DNA from: a virus
Taxonomy: Duplodnaviria; Caudoviricetes
IMG/VR virus record: IMGVR_UViG_3300046528_000120
Coordinates: 1-64,000 of that record
Strand: one strand, 5' to 3'
DNA: 64,000 nucleotides
Of the stretch, positions 17,939 through 28,355 are shown piece by piece. Made by a program: the position numbers and the translations under genes. The notes under the pieces are model-generated. The model ran no database searches, was not told where the DNA came from, and was given only the letters and a program-made list of their open reading frames with translations. How positions within the stretch are numbered: position 1 is the stretch's first letter; every line of letters starts with the position of its first letter.

Positions 17939-18460
17939 ATGGAAGTCACTGACACCCAAGCTGTTCAGCCCGAGCCGAAGCAAGCGTTCTTCGTCCTGCG
18001 CGCCACCCTGCAACAGACCTCGATCATCAACGGCGTCATCGAACTGAAGCTGCTGACGTTCGCGCGCCGCGTCGGCCCGAACGCTGACGATCCCGAGCCG
18101 ATGAAGGCCGCCCTGACCAAGGAGCTGTCCACCAAGTACCCAGGATACGTGGTCTCCAACCTCTCGGCCGTCTCCGTGACCGAGAGCACCTACCACACCG
18201 CCCGCCTGATGCAAGGCGCGAAGCCCGCGATCACCCTGGCGCAGCACGTCACTATGGACGAAGCGCGCAACCTGCATGCTGAGTATAAGATCGTGCCATC
18301 GCCGCTGTCGCCGAACTTCTTCCGCGTCGTGGCGCCGGACGGCAGCGAGTCGGCGCTGTACAGCAAGGCAGAGTGCGAAGAGATCGTGCGCCTTGCCAAG
18401 GACGGCGCCCTGCTCGGCAGCTTTGGTACTGGCGCAGAAGGTAGTACACTGCCAGAGTAA
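17939..18460 (+). CDS. Hypothetical protein
   Basis: AAGGA RBS; codon use. Confidence 0.7.
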   Translation: MEVTDTQAVQPEPKQAFFVLRATLQQTSIINGVIELKLLTFARRVGPNADDPEPMKAALTKELSTKYPGYVVSNLSAVSVTESTYHTARLMQGAKPAITLAQHVTMDEARNLHAEYKIVPSPLSPNFFRVVAPDGSESALYSKAECEEIVRLAKDGALLGSFGTGAEGSTLPE

Positions 18461-18500
18461 GATGGTTGCAATCAATTGCAACGACTCGGAGACACCTGAT

Positions 18501-18788
18501 ATGAAAACCCTGATATTGACCGCGCACTCGATCACCGTACACGCCTCGGCGTTCGGCTGCATCCACGCCATCACCATGTTTCAGCCGGGCGTCGGCACCC
18601 AGGAAACCATCAACAACCTGGAGCGCGATGAAGTGTTCGACCGCGTTGAGCTGCGCGATGCTTTCGACGGCGGCAGTGCCTACGGCATCGACGAGCATGT
18701 GTCGGAGAAGTCGCACCGCTTTCTGCGCCGCTTCATCGGCGATCAGCGCAAGACGCACACGGTCACCCTGATCTTCGAGGTTCTGTAA
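18501..18788 (+). CDS. Hypothetical protein
   Basis: GGAG RBS; TAATG coupling to the next gene. Confidence 0.65.
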   Translation: MKTLILTAHSITVHASAFGCIHAITMFQPGVGTQETINNLERDEVFDRVELRDAFDGGSAYGIDEHVSEKSHRFLRRFIGDQRKTHTVTLIFEVL

Positions 18789-19051
18789 TGGCCGCGCCGC
18801 TGCCAGTACCCAAGCACGTTACCCGCCCGCTGGGCGCGCGCCAGATCACTGCCTCTCACCCTATCCTGGACTTCAGCGCCTGGATCGACCACCGAGGCAA
18901 GGAAGTGCTCGTGCTCAAGGGCCAAGTTGTGGAGGACATGGGTGAGCCGCCACGCAATTCTGTTTTCGGCCTTCGGCGCGTCGCCAACTTGCGCCTGATC
19001 GCCTTCCTGAAATGCTTCTACAAGATCGACCTCACACCTGGGAAGAAATGA
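18788..19051 (+). CDS. Hypothetical protein
   Basis: Coupled ORF. Confidence 0.55.
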   Translation: MAAPLPVPKHVTRPLGARQITASHPILDFSAWIDHRGKEVLVLKGQVVEDMGEPPRNSVFGLRRVANLRLIAFLKCFYKIDLTPGKK

Positions 19052-19365
19052 ACGAGCACAAACCCTACGCTGGCGTGCGCACCAAGCAAGCCGCCGACGT
19101 CCGTGTCGAGCGCACCGGCTCCAGCCTGCAATTGCGCGCAGTCGCCGCCGCCCTCTACGGCATCGCCGGCTGTGACGCCACTAACGAGCAACTGGAGAAG
19201 TCGCGCTTGGCGGTGGAATACTACCGCAAGGGCAAGCCGGTCTCGCTGATCCGCTTGCTGCTGCGCATCCCCTCGAAAGGCAAGATGGCGGACCGCCTGC
19301 CATGCGAACGCCAGCACGATGTGCCGGCTGAGGAACCGGAATACATATCGCTGGAGAAGATGTAG
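19048..19365 (+). CDS. Hypothetical protein
   Basis: ATGA-coupled ORF. Confidence 0.6.
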   Translation: MNEHKPYAGVRTKQAADVRVERTGSSLQLRAVAAALYGIAGCDATNEQLEKSRLAVEYYRKGKPVSLIRLLLRIPSKGKMADRLPCERQHDVPAEEPEYISLEKM

Positions 19366-19452
19366 CCACACTGGGGCGCTTTGCAATCAATCGCAAGGCG
19401 CCCTGTTCGTTTAGAATGGAATCCTCTCAATGACACCTCGAAAGGGTTCCAC

Positions 19453-19779
19453 ATGAATACCACTGTCACCAAAGGCGCGGACGGCTGGCAAGCCCAGACT
19501 GACTTCGACCTCGACACCGTGCAGGGCAAGAAGCGTATCGTGCGCCTCTCTACCCACAAGTCGAACGGCAAGCTTCTGACCGCCGCCACCCTGTTCCACG
19601 TCAACCCAGACGGCCACATCAGCCGCGACCTGACCGGCGATTTCTATGCCGTGATGATGCGCTCGCCCACGCGCTGCACCCAGAAGTCGGTCGAGCACCA
19701 GCACAGCCTGTACACCTGCAAGGAAGCAGAGATCAAAGCGCTGGCCCTGGAGTTCTACGCTAAGAAGAAGGCGGCCTGA
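19453..19779 (+). CDS. Hypothetical protein
   Basis: Follows a leader module. Confidence 0.7.
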   Translation: MNTTVTKGADGWQAQTDFDLDTVQGKKRIVRLSTHKSNGKLLTAATLFHVNPDGHISRDLTGDFYAVMMRSPTRCTQKSVEHQHSLYTCKEAEIKALALEFYAKKKAA

Positions 19780-19781
19780 TC

Positions 19782-20138
19782 ATGTGGCGCGGATGCCCCA
19801 CCTTTCTGGCCATTGCCTACGGCATTGGTCATATCCACGGCAAGACCACTGGCAACGACACCGAGATCACCATCCAGTGGACCGATGCTGACGGCAAGGA
19901 ACAGATCAAGCCTGCGCGCACCCAGCTTGGCGCTAAGCGCATGCTGACCAAGATCGGCGCCGAGGTCGAAGAGGCCCTGATGAACCGCGTGTTCCACCTG
20001 GGCTTCGAGGTGAAGAAGGACGACGAATCGGACTACTACCGCTACAGCGCCCGCAACTGGGTGGAAGACAGCCCGGCAACGTTCGAGACGCCACTGGCCG
20101 CCGCCCGCGCATGCGTGGCGCAACACGGCCAAGACTGA
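19782..20138 (+). CDS. Hypothetical protein
   Basis: Codon use; operon position. Confidence 0.6.
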   Translation: MWRGCPTFLAIAYGIGHIHGKTTGNDTEITIQWTDADGKEQIKPARTQLGAKRMLTKIGAEVEEALMNRVFHLGFEVKKDDESDYYRYSARNWVEDSPATFETPLAAARACVAQHGQD

Positions 20139-20187
20139 AGCAGTATCATAGCTACTCCTACCAACCCACCACCTCGAAGGGGAACAC

Positions 20188-20478
20188 ATGAACACCACTG
20201 CTACCACCACCGCTGCTCGCCGCGTCGGCGCTACCTCCCGCACCACTGCCGCCACCTCCGGCAAGCCGGCCGCTGCGCCGCAAGACCTGGGCGATCTCGG
20301 CAAGAACCTGAACGCCACCATCGAAGGCAACGAGCTGATCATCCGCATCAACCTGGATGAGCGCCTGGGTGAGTCGTCCACCGGCAAGTCGATCACCGTG
20401 GCGACCACCTCCGGCAACCAGAAGGTGGGCGATACCGAAGTCGTGATCGGCATCAACGCCTACGTGAAGAAGAAGTAA
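20188..20478 (+). CDS. Small beta-rich hypothetical protein
   Basis: LIIRINL…GESSTGKSITVATTSGN…IGINAY; leader module upstream. Confidence 0.75.
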   Translation: MNTTATTTAARRVGATSRTTAATSGKPAAAPQDLGDLGKNLNATIEGNELIIRINLDERLGESSTGKSITVATTSGNQKVGDTEVVIGINAYVKKK

Positions 20479-20481
20479 GCG

Positions 20482-20685
20482 ATGATCTGGGACTGGGGAA
20501 TACTCATCTCCGGCGTCGCATGGCTGACCCTGTACATCTTCGCGCCAGCAGCAACGGCGCACGGTGTACCAGGGTACGCCCTGACGCTATGGCTCGCCGG
20601 CATGTTCCTTGCGATCCGCCTCGTGTACACCTTCGTCGGCCTCGACTGCATGGTGAACTTCTTCCCCGAGGGGAAGCGCTGGTGA
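20482..20685 (+). CDS. Small membrane protein
   Basis: Two hydrophobic segments. Confidence 0.55.
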   Translation: MIWDWGILISGVAWLTLYIFAPAATAHGVPGYALTLWLAGMFLAIRLVYTFVGLDCMVNFFPEGKRW

Positions 20686-20825
20686 CATTTGCCGGTACAG
20701 TTGTTGTCGCTGGCGTTCTTCGCCTTCGTCGTGTTGCGCCATCCGTTTCATTGACTGGCCGGGGCCGCGCGCCCCTGTCATGCTATCCTATAGGCTCATA
20801 ACGTTACCTTGAAAGGAACCCCACC

Positions 20826-21461
20826 GTGAGCGAAAACAAAGGCTTTCTGTTCGACGTGAAACTGAACGGTGCCGTGCGCATCAATGCCCCGAACGCCGAA
20901 GCTGCCGCGCAGTGGCTGAAGGACAACGTCGATTGCGTGCGTGCCCGGCTCGGCATCGAGAGCACCGGCCGTGAAGTCGACATGGAGATCAGCCTGGACG
21001 ACACCACCAACGCCGTGACCCTCGCCATGGACGACGCCGAGACCCGCGTCAACTGCCTGGACGAGTTCACGCGGCACTACCTCATCGCCGCCCTGTTCTT
21101 CGAGCGCGACGAGGACTACGGTGAAGACGACGTGCAGCTCTCTGCCAACTACTACTTGACCGACATCTCCGAGAGCTTGATCGAAAGTGCCATGGCCGAC
21201 TGTCGCCAGTTCCAGCGCGACCACGCCAAGCTGCTCGAAGCGGCGTATGCCTTCTACAACGAGAGCGGCAGGGCCAACCACCCCGATGCTGGCTCGCCCG
21301 AGGCCTGCGCCGGCCATGACTTCTGGCTGACCCGCAACCACCATGGCGTCGGCTTCTGGGATCGTGGTATGGGCCGCGTGGGCGATGCGCTCACCCAGGC
21401 ATGCAATGGCTACCGCGAGATCGACCTGTACGCCCGCGAGGGTATGGTGTACGCCGACTGA
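20826..21461 (+). CDS. Conserved phage hypothetical protein
   Basis: AGHDFWLTRNHHGVGFWDRG motif; leader module upstream. Confidence 0.75.
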   Translation: MSENKGFLFDVKLNGAVRINAPNAEAAAQWLKDNVDCVRARLGIESTGREVDMEISLDDTTNAVTLAMDDAETRVNCLDEFTRHYLIAALFFERDEDYGEDDVQLSANYYLTDISESLIESAMADCRQFQRDHAKLLEAAYAFYNESGRANHPDAGSPEACAGHDFWLTRNHHGVGFWDRGMGRVGDALTQACNGYREIDLYAREGMVYAD

Positions 21462-21551
21462 TGAGAACCCTTGTAACCCTCGTTAAACTCGCAGCGGTCG
21501 GCGCCCTGGTATTCATGCTGTTCCGCTGCGACACGCACCTGAAAGAGAAGT

Positions 21552-21875
21552 ATGAGCCACCCCGATACCACGTTCCCCAATCCTGAATGGCCGCTCCTGC
21601 CGGACTACGAGACGCGCTTCTACGCCAACGTGGACAACCGCGTGGAGCGCCACTACCCGAACGGCCGTGTGAAGCACGTCCCGATCCAAGTGCCGACCGC
21701 GATGTTTACCTTCCTGAAGGATGTCCTGCACGTCGACCCGAGCGAAGAGGTGACGATGTACGTGGTCCAGGACGGCAAGTATTACATCTTCGGCCTCGCC
21801 TGGGGATCGGCAGACACCAACGTCGCCGACCTCTGGTTCTACAGCCCAGCCTCGCTGCCAGCGATCTTCAAATAG
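21552..21875 (+). CDS. Hypothetical protein
   Basis: Codon use. Confidence 0.65.
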   Translation: MSHPDTTFPNPEWPLLPDYETRFYANVDNRVERHYPNGRVKHVPIQVPTAMFTFLKDVLHVDPSEEVTMYVVQDGKYYIFGLAWGSADTNVADLWFYSPASLPAIFK

Positions 21876-21883
21876 GACTGACC

Positions 21884-22150
21884 ATGATCCATAGCCATAT
21901 CCACAACAAGGAAGGTTCCTTCGTGCTGATCCACAAGCGCGACTTCAAGTTCGCCTGCATGGAGCGCATCGCGCGCGGCCAGGGATATACCACCTTCGGC
22001 ACCGTGGTCCGCCACCTGTACGACGCGGATGACGGCCGCCCGCTGTATGAAATCATCTGGCGCACCGTAGTCGGAGGTGGATCGACTCGTGAGGTAGAAG
22101 ACGCTGAACGCATCGAGCGGACGCACATATCAGTGGGTCAGGGCGGTTGA
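21884..22150 (+). CDS. Hypothetical protein
   Basis: AGGA RBS before ATG 21884. Confidence 0.6.
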   Translation: MIHSHIHNKEGSFVLIHKRDFKFACMERIARGQGYTTFGTVVRHLYDADDGRPLYEIIWRTVVGGGSTREVEDAERIERTHISVGQGG

Positions 22151-22354
22151 AATCAATTGCAAGCTGAGGGTAGCCGGGCGCCAGTGCTCGGCTATCATAG
22201 CTACTCCATCAACGTTACCTCGAAAGGAACGCCCATGCTGCACTACTACGAAAACGACCCGAACAGTGAACCGATCCTGCTCATCCACCTAGAGAGTGCG
22301 TAAGCTATAATACGGTCTTGCAATCAATTTCAACTACCTCGACTGGAGCAAAGC

Positions 22355-22777
22355 ATGACTGCTGTAATCGTCGCCGCCGGCATCGCCAACCACCTGCGCG
22401 GCAAGCGTGAATTCTCCCGCATGTCCGACATCGCGAGCGCACACAAGACCGGCCTGGACTTCCTGCTTACCCACTTCATGCCGGGCGGCAAGCAGTACGG
22501 CCACGTCTGGCTGGATGAACTGAACTCGACCCCGTACGAGCTGATCTTTAACGTCGGCTACAACCTCATGAATACAGATCGCGAGATCGTGGATTCGGTG
22601 TCGCTCCGCGTGATCGCACGTCCGACTTTCGGCGGCTGGATCGACATCGAGATTCCAGGCAGCTCCCTGCCGGCCGGCACCTTCGACCGCACCCGCGTGC
22701 GCGACGCCTTCCACATTGCGCTGTGCACCCCGGTCGAATGGAACGGCTCGCTGCACAACTACAAGCGCATTCAGTGA
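22355..22777 (+). CDS. Hypothetical protein
   Basis: Leader module and GGAG RBS. Confidence 0.7.
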   Translation: MTAVIVAAGIANHLRGKREFSRMSDIASAHKTGLDFLLTHFMPGGKQYGHVWLDELNSTPYELIFNVGYNLMNTDREIVDSVSLRVIARPTFGGWIDIEIPGSSLPAGTFDRTRVRDAFHIALCTPVEWNGSLHNYKRIQ

Positions 22778-22930
22778 TAGCAAGGCTCCGCCGTGGGGTA
22801 GGGAAATGCAACTAACCAACCTGCGGGGCGCGCCCCGCATCGCCCTAGTACCCGCGCGCTGTCCGCTTCGCTCCCAGACTGCGCGGGTACAATGGCAACT
22901 CGGACCAACACCACCTAGAAAGGGGATACC

Positions 22931-23458
22931 GTGAGTCTCGGAAACGGCAACCTGTATTACATGGACGCGGACAAGTGCCGCGCCACCCTCGCACGCAGCG
23001 CCCTGCTCGAACGCGAGTACGCCAACCTGTACCAGATCATGTGCCAGGGCCTGGAGCGCTGGAATGGCAAGGACATCACTGCGCGCATCCGCAACGATCT
23101 GCACGGCAAGCTGCCACCAGGGATGAGCATCAACCTGACCGGCCGCACCCTGACCCTGTGGCGCCAGGGCGGCGACGTGGAACCCTCGTACGAGCATCGC
23201 TTCCGCGTCGAGCTGGAGCAGAACTCGGACACGCTGAAGTTCGACTACGCCGCCACCCTGGGGAGCCACGGCATGCAGCACTACGCCGGCAGTGCCGCGC
23301 GCCTGACCGAAGCCGCCTTGCTGGCCGAGGGCATCGACGCCAAGGTCGCGCGCTACAACGCTGCCCTCAAGGAGCTGAAGGAGTCCTACGACGCCCTGGG
23401 CTACTTCCGCCACGACATCATCGACCAGAAGAACCGCAGCACCTGGAGCGGACTGTGA
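22931..23458 (+). CDS. Hypothetical protein
   Basis: Leader module upstream. Confidence 0.7.
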   Translation: MSLGNGNLYYMDADKCRATLARSALLEREYANLYQIMCQGLERWNGKDITARIRNDLHGKLPPGMSINLTGRTLTLWRQGGDVEPSYEHRFRVELEQNSDTLKFDYAATLGSHGMQHYAGSAARLTEAALLAEGIDAKVARYNAALKELKESYDALGYFRHDIIDQKNRSTWSGL

Positions 23459-23691
23459 GTAGGGCCAGCAGGGAAGCGCAGCGTGCGCGCGGGATCGAAC
23501 CGAACTACACCAAGCGCGCCCGCAGCTACTACAACTGGGTGATCGCTGGCACCCGCATGATCGTGCACATGACCCGCTACGTCACTGACGACTTCGGCAA
23601 CGCCGTGCGCTGTGACGACAGGCAGATCGAATGGAGCCAGCGGCAGGCGCACGACTGCTCCAGCTTCGCCCCTCCTGGCGCGGTACGATAG
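23455..23691 (+). CDS. Small DDFGN-motif protein
   Basis: GTGA-coupled; contains YVTDDFGNAV. Confidence 0.55.
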   Translation: MSRASREAQRARGIEPNYTKRARSYYNWVIAGTRMIVHMTRYVTDDFGNAVRCDDRQIEWSQRQAHDCSSFAPPGAVR

Positions 23692-23797
23692 CATCTCTCC
23701 CATGTTACCTAGAAAGGAACGCCATGAACCTGTTTCAATCCAACCGCGTGCGCATCGCCGACGCCGTCCTCGCCGAGCTCGCCGTGAAGGAGCCAGC

Positions 23798-24670
23798 ATG
23801 AACCGCATCCTGCGCAGTGACACCCGCGAACAGGTCGCGGTCGGCGATACCCTGGTCGTCGGTAACGGCTGGGAGTACAAGATCGAGCGCCTGCCGTACC
23901 GCCCCGGCTACGGATTGCTGGGCTACCGCAATGAAGAAGGGCAGTACCGTGAGATCGCCCTGGACAAGGTCGGCCTCGAATTCGAGCACCCGCACCGCGT
24001 CCACCTCAGCGAGTACGGTGGCAGCGTCCTGGTCTACGAAGGACTCACCGTGCAAGTGCAGTTCATGGATGACGATGACAGCACGCCGCCGTGGAAGCGC
24101 GGCGACGGCTACGGCATCATCTCCGACTACACCGACCGTGCCAAGCGCCCCGGCGAGCGTGTCCTGGTCGAAGAAGAACGTGGTTCGCGCAAGCGCTACT
24201 ACGACTGGGCCGGCAGCATCCAGCGCGCCAAGGATGAAGGCTGGGACGCGCCGCCGTACCGGACTGGTACCAAGGGCCAGCAAGCCGTGCGCGCGGTCGA
24301 GTCCGACTTCGCCTACCTCCAGGGATGGTGCAAGGACGAGTGGCGCTTCGTCACGATCCGCGTCGAGTGTGAAGGCGAGGAAGACGATTGCGGCGGCTAC
24401 GAGACCTACAAGGACTACCACGTCGAAGCGGCCTGGGAGATGATCGAGGCCATCGTGGAGAAGGTGAAGGAAAAGCAAGCGGCCGCCGCCGCAGCCGAGG
24501 CCGCTGCCGCGCAGGAACGCGCCGCACTGCAAGAAATCGCCAATAACCTGTGGGTGGAAATCAGCAGCTACTGCGGTGGAACAGCCGACCCGCAGGATAA
24601 CCGTGAACGCTCGCGCGCCGATTTCAACCGCATCCTGGAGAAGGCCGGTTTGCAACCGATTGCAAAGTAA
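23798..24670 (+). CDS. Hypothetical protein
   Basis: AAGGAG RBS; 290-aa ORF with phage codon use. Confidence 0.75.
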   Translation: MNRILRSDTREQVAVGDTLVVGNGWEYKIERLPYRPGYGLLGYRNEEGQYREIALDKVGLEFEHPHRVHLSEYGGSVLVYEGLTVQVQFMDDDDSTPPWKRGDGYGIISDYTDRAKRPGERVLVEEERGSRKRYYDWAGSIQRAKDEGWDAPPYRTGTKGQQAVRAVESDFAYLQGWCKDEWRFVTIRVECEGEEDDCGGYETYKDYHVEAAWEMIEAIVEKVKEKQAAAAAAEAAAAQERAALQEIANNLWVEISSYCGGTADPQDNRERSRADFNRILEKAGLQPIAK

Positions 24671-24748
24671 TGCAGTGGGGCGCCGCGCGCGCCCTGTTGC
24701 GCTATCATGGCTTTTCTTCCAACCGCGCTACCTCGAAAGGAGCTGAAC

Positions 24749-24931
24749 ATGGCAACTGATTACATCCACGGCCTCGGTGTCTACATGCCCAAGATGCAGG
24801 GCCTGCACGTACAGGATGACTTCGGCAATCTGGTCTACCTGTCGCCCGGTCCTGGCGGCATCATGAACCAATGGGCCTGCTCCCTCGTGGAGTACGGCGG
24901 CGTCGGCATCGACTGGAGCAAGATGCCCTAA
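24749..24931 (+). CDS. Small DDFGN-motif protein
   Basis: Has its own leader module; contains HVQDDFGNLV. Confidence 0.65.
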   Translation: MATDYIHGLGVYMPKMQGLHVQDDFGNLVYLSPGPGGIMNQWACSLVEYGGVGIDWSKMP

Positions 24932-25010
24932 ATACCTGGGGCGCCACGCGCGCCCTGTTCGACTACAATAGAACCTCTTCCACCCACGCTACCTAGAAAG
25001 GAGCACTGCA

Positions 25011-25589
25011 ATGCTTACCGTAACTGTGCCGCAAGGCGAGGCAGTCCTGGTCACCCTGGCCGAGACCGATGGCCAATTCACCATCTCCTACGGCGCCCCG
25101 CACCTGGGCGTTGATACCCTGCTGATCCACGCCGACATGCCCGACAGCACCGGCCGTGAAGGCATCATCTACGAAGAGAAGTACAACCTGCCGAATCACG
25201 GCGACGACGTGGCCGAGTGGGTGTTCGACGAAGCCGACAACACCCACTCGCGTGTCGAGCATGTCGGCCCTAACATGAAGATTCTGCACAGTGAGACTAG
25301 CCCGCGCTTCGCCGGCAAGCCGTGGCCAGAGGACACCATCGTGCCAGTTCCCATGGTCGCTGCCGGCCAACTGACCCCGGAGGCCAAGCGCTTGCTGGAG
25401 CAGGCCATCGCAGGGCGTAGCCGCGCGCCGCTGGTCCTGGTCGCGGGCGATCAAACCGACTACCGCGCCATGGCCGAGGAACTGTGGGATATGCTGGATG
25501 AGGTTCGTAGCATTCTCCCGCGCGGCGACACCGAGCGGAACGTCTGCGAACTGCTCGACCGCCACGAAGCCACCCTGAAGGACAAGTGA
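25011..25589 (+). CDS. Hypothetical protein
   Basis: Leader module upstream. Confidence 0.7.
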   Translation: MLTVTVPQGEAVLVTLAETDGQFTISYGAPHLGVDTLLIHADMPDSTGREGIIYEEKYNLPNHGDDVAEWVFDEADNTHSRVEHVGPNMKILHSETSPRFAGKPWPEDTIVPVPMVAAGQLTPEAKRLLEQAIAGRSRAPLVLVAGDQTDYRAMAEELWDMLDEVRSILPRGDTERNVCELLDRHEATLKDK

Positions 25590-25957
25590 TCATGCCAGTC
25601 GTCGAACCCACCCGCGTCTTCACCAGGGAAGACCCCTGCACCAAGGTGCATATCTGGAACTGCTTCATCGGCCCGAAGGGGCTGGCGACGAGCGTGCCCG
25701 TAGTCACCTCGCGCAGCAAGATCGGCCTGAACACCCCGAAGTACCTGCTCCGCGAGGGCTACATCGACCGCTTCACCGAAGCCGGCGTGGAGTACTACAT
25801 TGTCACGCCCAGCGGCGAAGAGTGGCTGCGCAAGGGCCTGAAACGGCACCTGGAACTGCACCCGGACGAGCGCGCCGAGGTCGTGCAAATCGCGCAATTG
25901 GAGGGATCGCCGAAGCCCGCGCGTGTCGTCCGCGCTACGCGCCGCGCCGCCACCTGA
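25586..25957 (+). CDS. Hypothetical protein, possible winged helix
   Basis: YLLREGYI…YYIVTPSGEEWL resembles a wHTH wing. Confidence 0.6.
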   Translation: MIMPVVEPTRVFTREDPCTKVHIWNCFIGPKGLATSVPVVTSRSKIGLNTPKYLLREGYIDRFTEAGVEYYIVTPSGEEWLRKGLKRHLELHPDERAEVVQIAQLEGSPKPARVVRATRRAAT

Positions 25958-25973
25958 ACGCCTGGATAATCCT

Positions 25974-26450
25974 ATGCTGAGCAAGGCAGAATACGCCCGC
26001 GTGATGTTGCGCACTACCAAGTCCGGCGAATGCCTGATGTGGGAGGGCGCGACCAGGGAAGGATACCCTGTGTACAGCCCGCGCGCCGGAAGCTACGCAG
26101 GTACTACTGTGCAGCTTACCAGACTGATCCTGGAGCACAAGTTAGGTCGCGAACTGGCCCACGGTATGCAGGCATGCCATACCTGCGACAACCCGACTTG
26201 CTGCCGGCCATCGCATCTGTTTGAGGGTTCGCATCAGGCCAACATGGACGACATGAAGGCCAAGGGGCGTGCAAACAAGCGCGCAGGCAGTGCACATGGG
26301 ATGGCTATCTTCACCGAAGTAACAGCGCGCGAAGCTCTGGATAAGTGGCAATCCGGGCAGTTTCGCAAAGTAGATTTGTGTCGAGAATACGGGGTAACAA
26401 TGGGCGCCCTGGATGCGCTAATATCCAGTATAACTTGGAAGAATGTTTAA
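25974..26450 (+). CDS. HNH homing endonuclease
   Basis: CLMWEG…GY…ACHTCDNPTCCRPSHLFEGSHQANMDD…KGR; lower-GC codon use. Confidence 0.88.
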   Translation: MLSKAEYARVMLRTTKSGECLMWEGATREGYPVYSPRAGSYAGTTVQLTRLILEHKLGRELAHGMQACHTCDNPTCCRPSHLFEGSHQANMDDMKAKGRANKRAGSAHGMAIFTEVTAREALDKWQSGQFRKVDLCREYGVTMGALDALISSITWKNV

Positions 26451-26540
26451 GCCTAAAGGCAATATACCCTGAAACCCCTGCCGACCTACCAAAACCTGCA
26501 AGAAATCGGCATGTTTGCAACCAATTGCAAAGGAACTGAA

Positions 26541-26921
26541 ATGAACAATCGTACCGAAAACGGCCAAGTCCTGGCCGGCACCGAAGTCGTCGCCGCTGAC
26601 GCTATCGCCCGCATGGCTGGCGTCGATCTGAAGTCCGTCTCGAAAGTCCTCCTGGCCATCGAAGCACTGCGCGTCGCCACCGGCCGCGAGACCCCGGAGC
26701 TGTGCAACGTCGACGCCGTACCTACCAGCGCCATGAGCTGCGCCCGCTTCGCGCGCTCGGTGGAATTCGTCGAGGGCGTCGTCCACGCCCTGCAAAAGAG
26801 CAAGCCGGGCCTGTCGCTGCTCGACCAGCTCGCGGTGCACCGCCGCTTCGGCAAGCAGCGCCGCAACGTGATCCGCAGCACCCACACGGCGCTGGGCGCG
26901 CCGCTGGCCCTCGTCGGCTGA
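26541..26921 (+). CDS. Hypothetical protein
   Basis: AAGGA RBS after a 16-bp motif copy. Confidence 0.7.
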   Translation: MNNRTENGQVLAGTEVVAADAIARMAGVDLKSVSKVLLAIEALRVATGRETPELCNVDAVPTSAMSCARFARSVEFVEGVVHALQKSKPGLSLLDQLAVHRRFGKQRRNVIRSTHTALGAPLALVG

Positions 26922-27008
26922 AGTAGCACCGCAGCACAGTGGGGCGCCGCGCACGCCCCTGTCGTCGTACCATGAGCATTCCTTAACGCTACCTCGAATG
27001 GAGCACTG

Positions 27009-27689
27009 ATGATCTACCGCGATTTCGTCTGGACCTACCCCACCACTGAGCCGAACGGACGCCCTGGCTTCCGCCCGCGCCACATGCTGAACTTCGACCC
27101 GAGCTATGAAGCGTTCGCGGCCGTGCATGACATCCTCGAACACATCTCCGACCGTGACGAAAGCGTCGAAGCCGAGTTCCTGGCGTTCGGCAGTATGCTC
27201 TACTGGCGCGCCGAGACAGATTACTGGGGCATGATCTCCGCGCGCACGTCGTACCCCGGCGACGTTATGTGGAACGACGTGTTCCGCTTCGTGCTCGACT
27301 CCGAAGGAGATGGCGGCATCGCCGACCCAGGCCGCACCCACCGCCTGAACGACGAGCTGGAGGACATCATCACCGACATCCGCGCCAACACCATCCGTGA
27401 GGCCCACGACTACACTGTAGACAACATGACCTACTTCACGCGCAACCTCGACCGGGCCATCGGCTGGATGCGCAAGGGCTACCGCAAGAACGTGCGGCGC
27501 TGGGGCAAGCTCGACCTGATCGAACGCCTGGACTTCTTCTACTCGATGGAGCTGGCCATCGGTCCCATGCTCAACCGCGAGCCGGAGTACACCGAAATGC
27601 TGCGGGTTGAAATTGATCGCAAGGAGCTGAAGTTCCGCATCTACATCACCGACGACCCCGACGCCGTGGCCGCCATGCGCACCCACTGA
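27009..27689 (+). CDS. Hypothetical protein
   Basis: Leader module; HDILEH may be metal-binding. Confidence 0.75.
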   Translation: MIYRDFVWTYPTTEPNGRPGFRPRHMLNFDPSYEAFAAVHDILEHISDRDESVEAEFLAFGSMLYWRAETDYWGMISARTSYPGDVMWNDVFRFVLDSEGDGGIADPGRTHRLNDELEDIITDIRANTIREAHDYTVDNMTYFTRNLDRAIGWMRKGYRKNVRRWGKLDLIERLDFFYSMELAIGPMLNREPEYTEMLRVEIDRKELKFRIYITDDPDAVAAMRTH

Positions 27690-27696
27690 TCACCCC

Positions 27697-27727
27697 GCCC
27701 GGCATCGTGACCGGGCTTTCTTTTTTT
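27697..27727 (+). terminator. Rho-independent terminator
   Basis: GCCCGG-8 nt-CCGGGC followed by TTTCTTTTTTT. Confidence 0.75.
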
Positions 27728-27962
27728 CACCGTAAATTGCGCTAAAGCAAGCCTGAATGGATGAGCGGCGTAACATCCGGCAACAAATGTGGTACAATCG
27801 GGGCATATAACGAAATTGTGGTAAATAAATACCACACACATAACGCGCAGTGCCCCGATTCTGCGCGATTCCAACCGAGAGATGTAGTTCGATACAGGGA
27901 GCGCCGCTGAAACCGGCGTAAAATTGTCCTGTAACCACCGTCACTTACAAGGAGCCAAAAGC

Positions 27963-28283
27963 ATGAGCACCAACCACAACACTGTAGAGCTACCCCTGAC
28001 CCTGGCTGACATCGCGCGCGTGCAGCGCTGGTATCGCAGCTACGCCCTCAAGAATGCCACCATCGACGCGCATGACGTGGTCCTGAACGCGCACCTGGAC
28101 ACCGTGCGTGTCGCCATGGAAGACCGTCTCGTGGTCCGCGCCGATGCCATCCGTCACCGCAGCGACAGCGTGCGCTTCCAGCACACCGGAGCTGAGCGCC
28201 GTTCGCGCCTGACCGTGCCCGGCATCGCCCATAGCGTGCGCCCGCAGCGCATCATCCGACCAGCGCTTGCCGTTACCCACTGA
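27963..28283 (+). CDS. Hypothetical protein
   Basis: AAGGAG RBS. Confidence 0.65.
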   Translation: MSTNHNTVELPLTLADIARVQRWYRSYALKNATIDAHDVVLNAHLDTVRVAMEDRLVVRADAIRHRSDSVRFQHTGAERRSRLTVPGIAHSVRPQRIIRPALAVTH

Positions 28284-28355
28284 GTTGCAATCAATTGCAA
28301 CTGAAGGGGTAGACTATGCTTTTAGGGGCCTCGCGCCCCTGCATAGGGGATTGGA

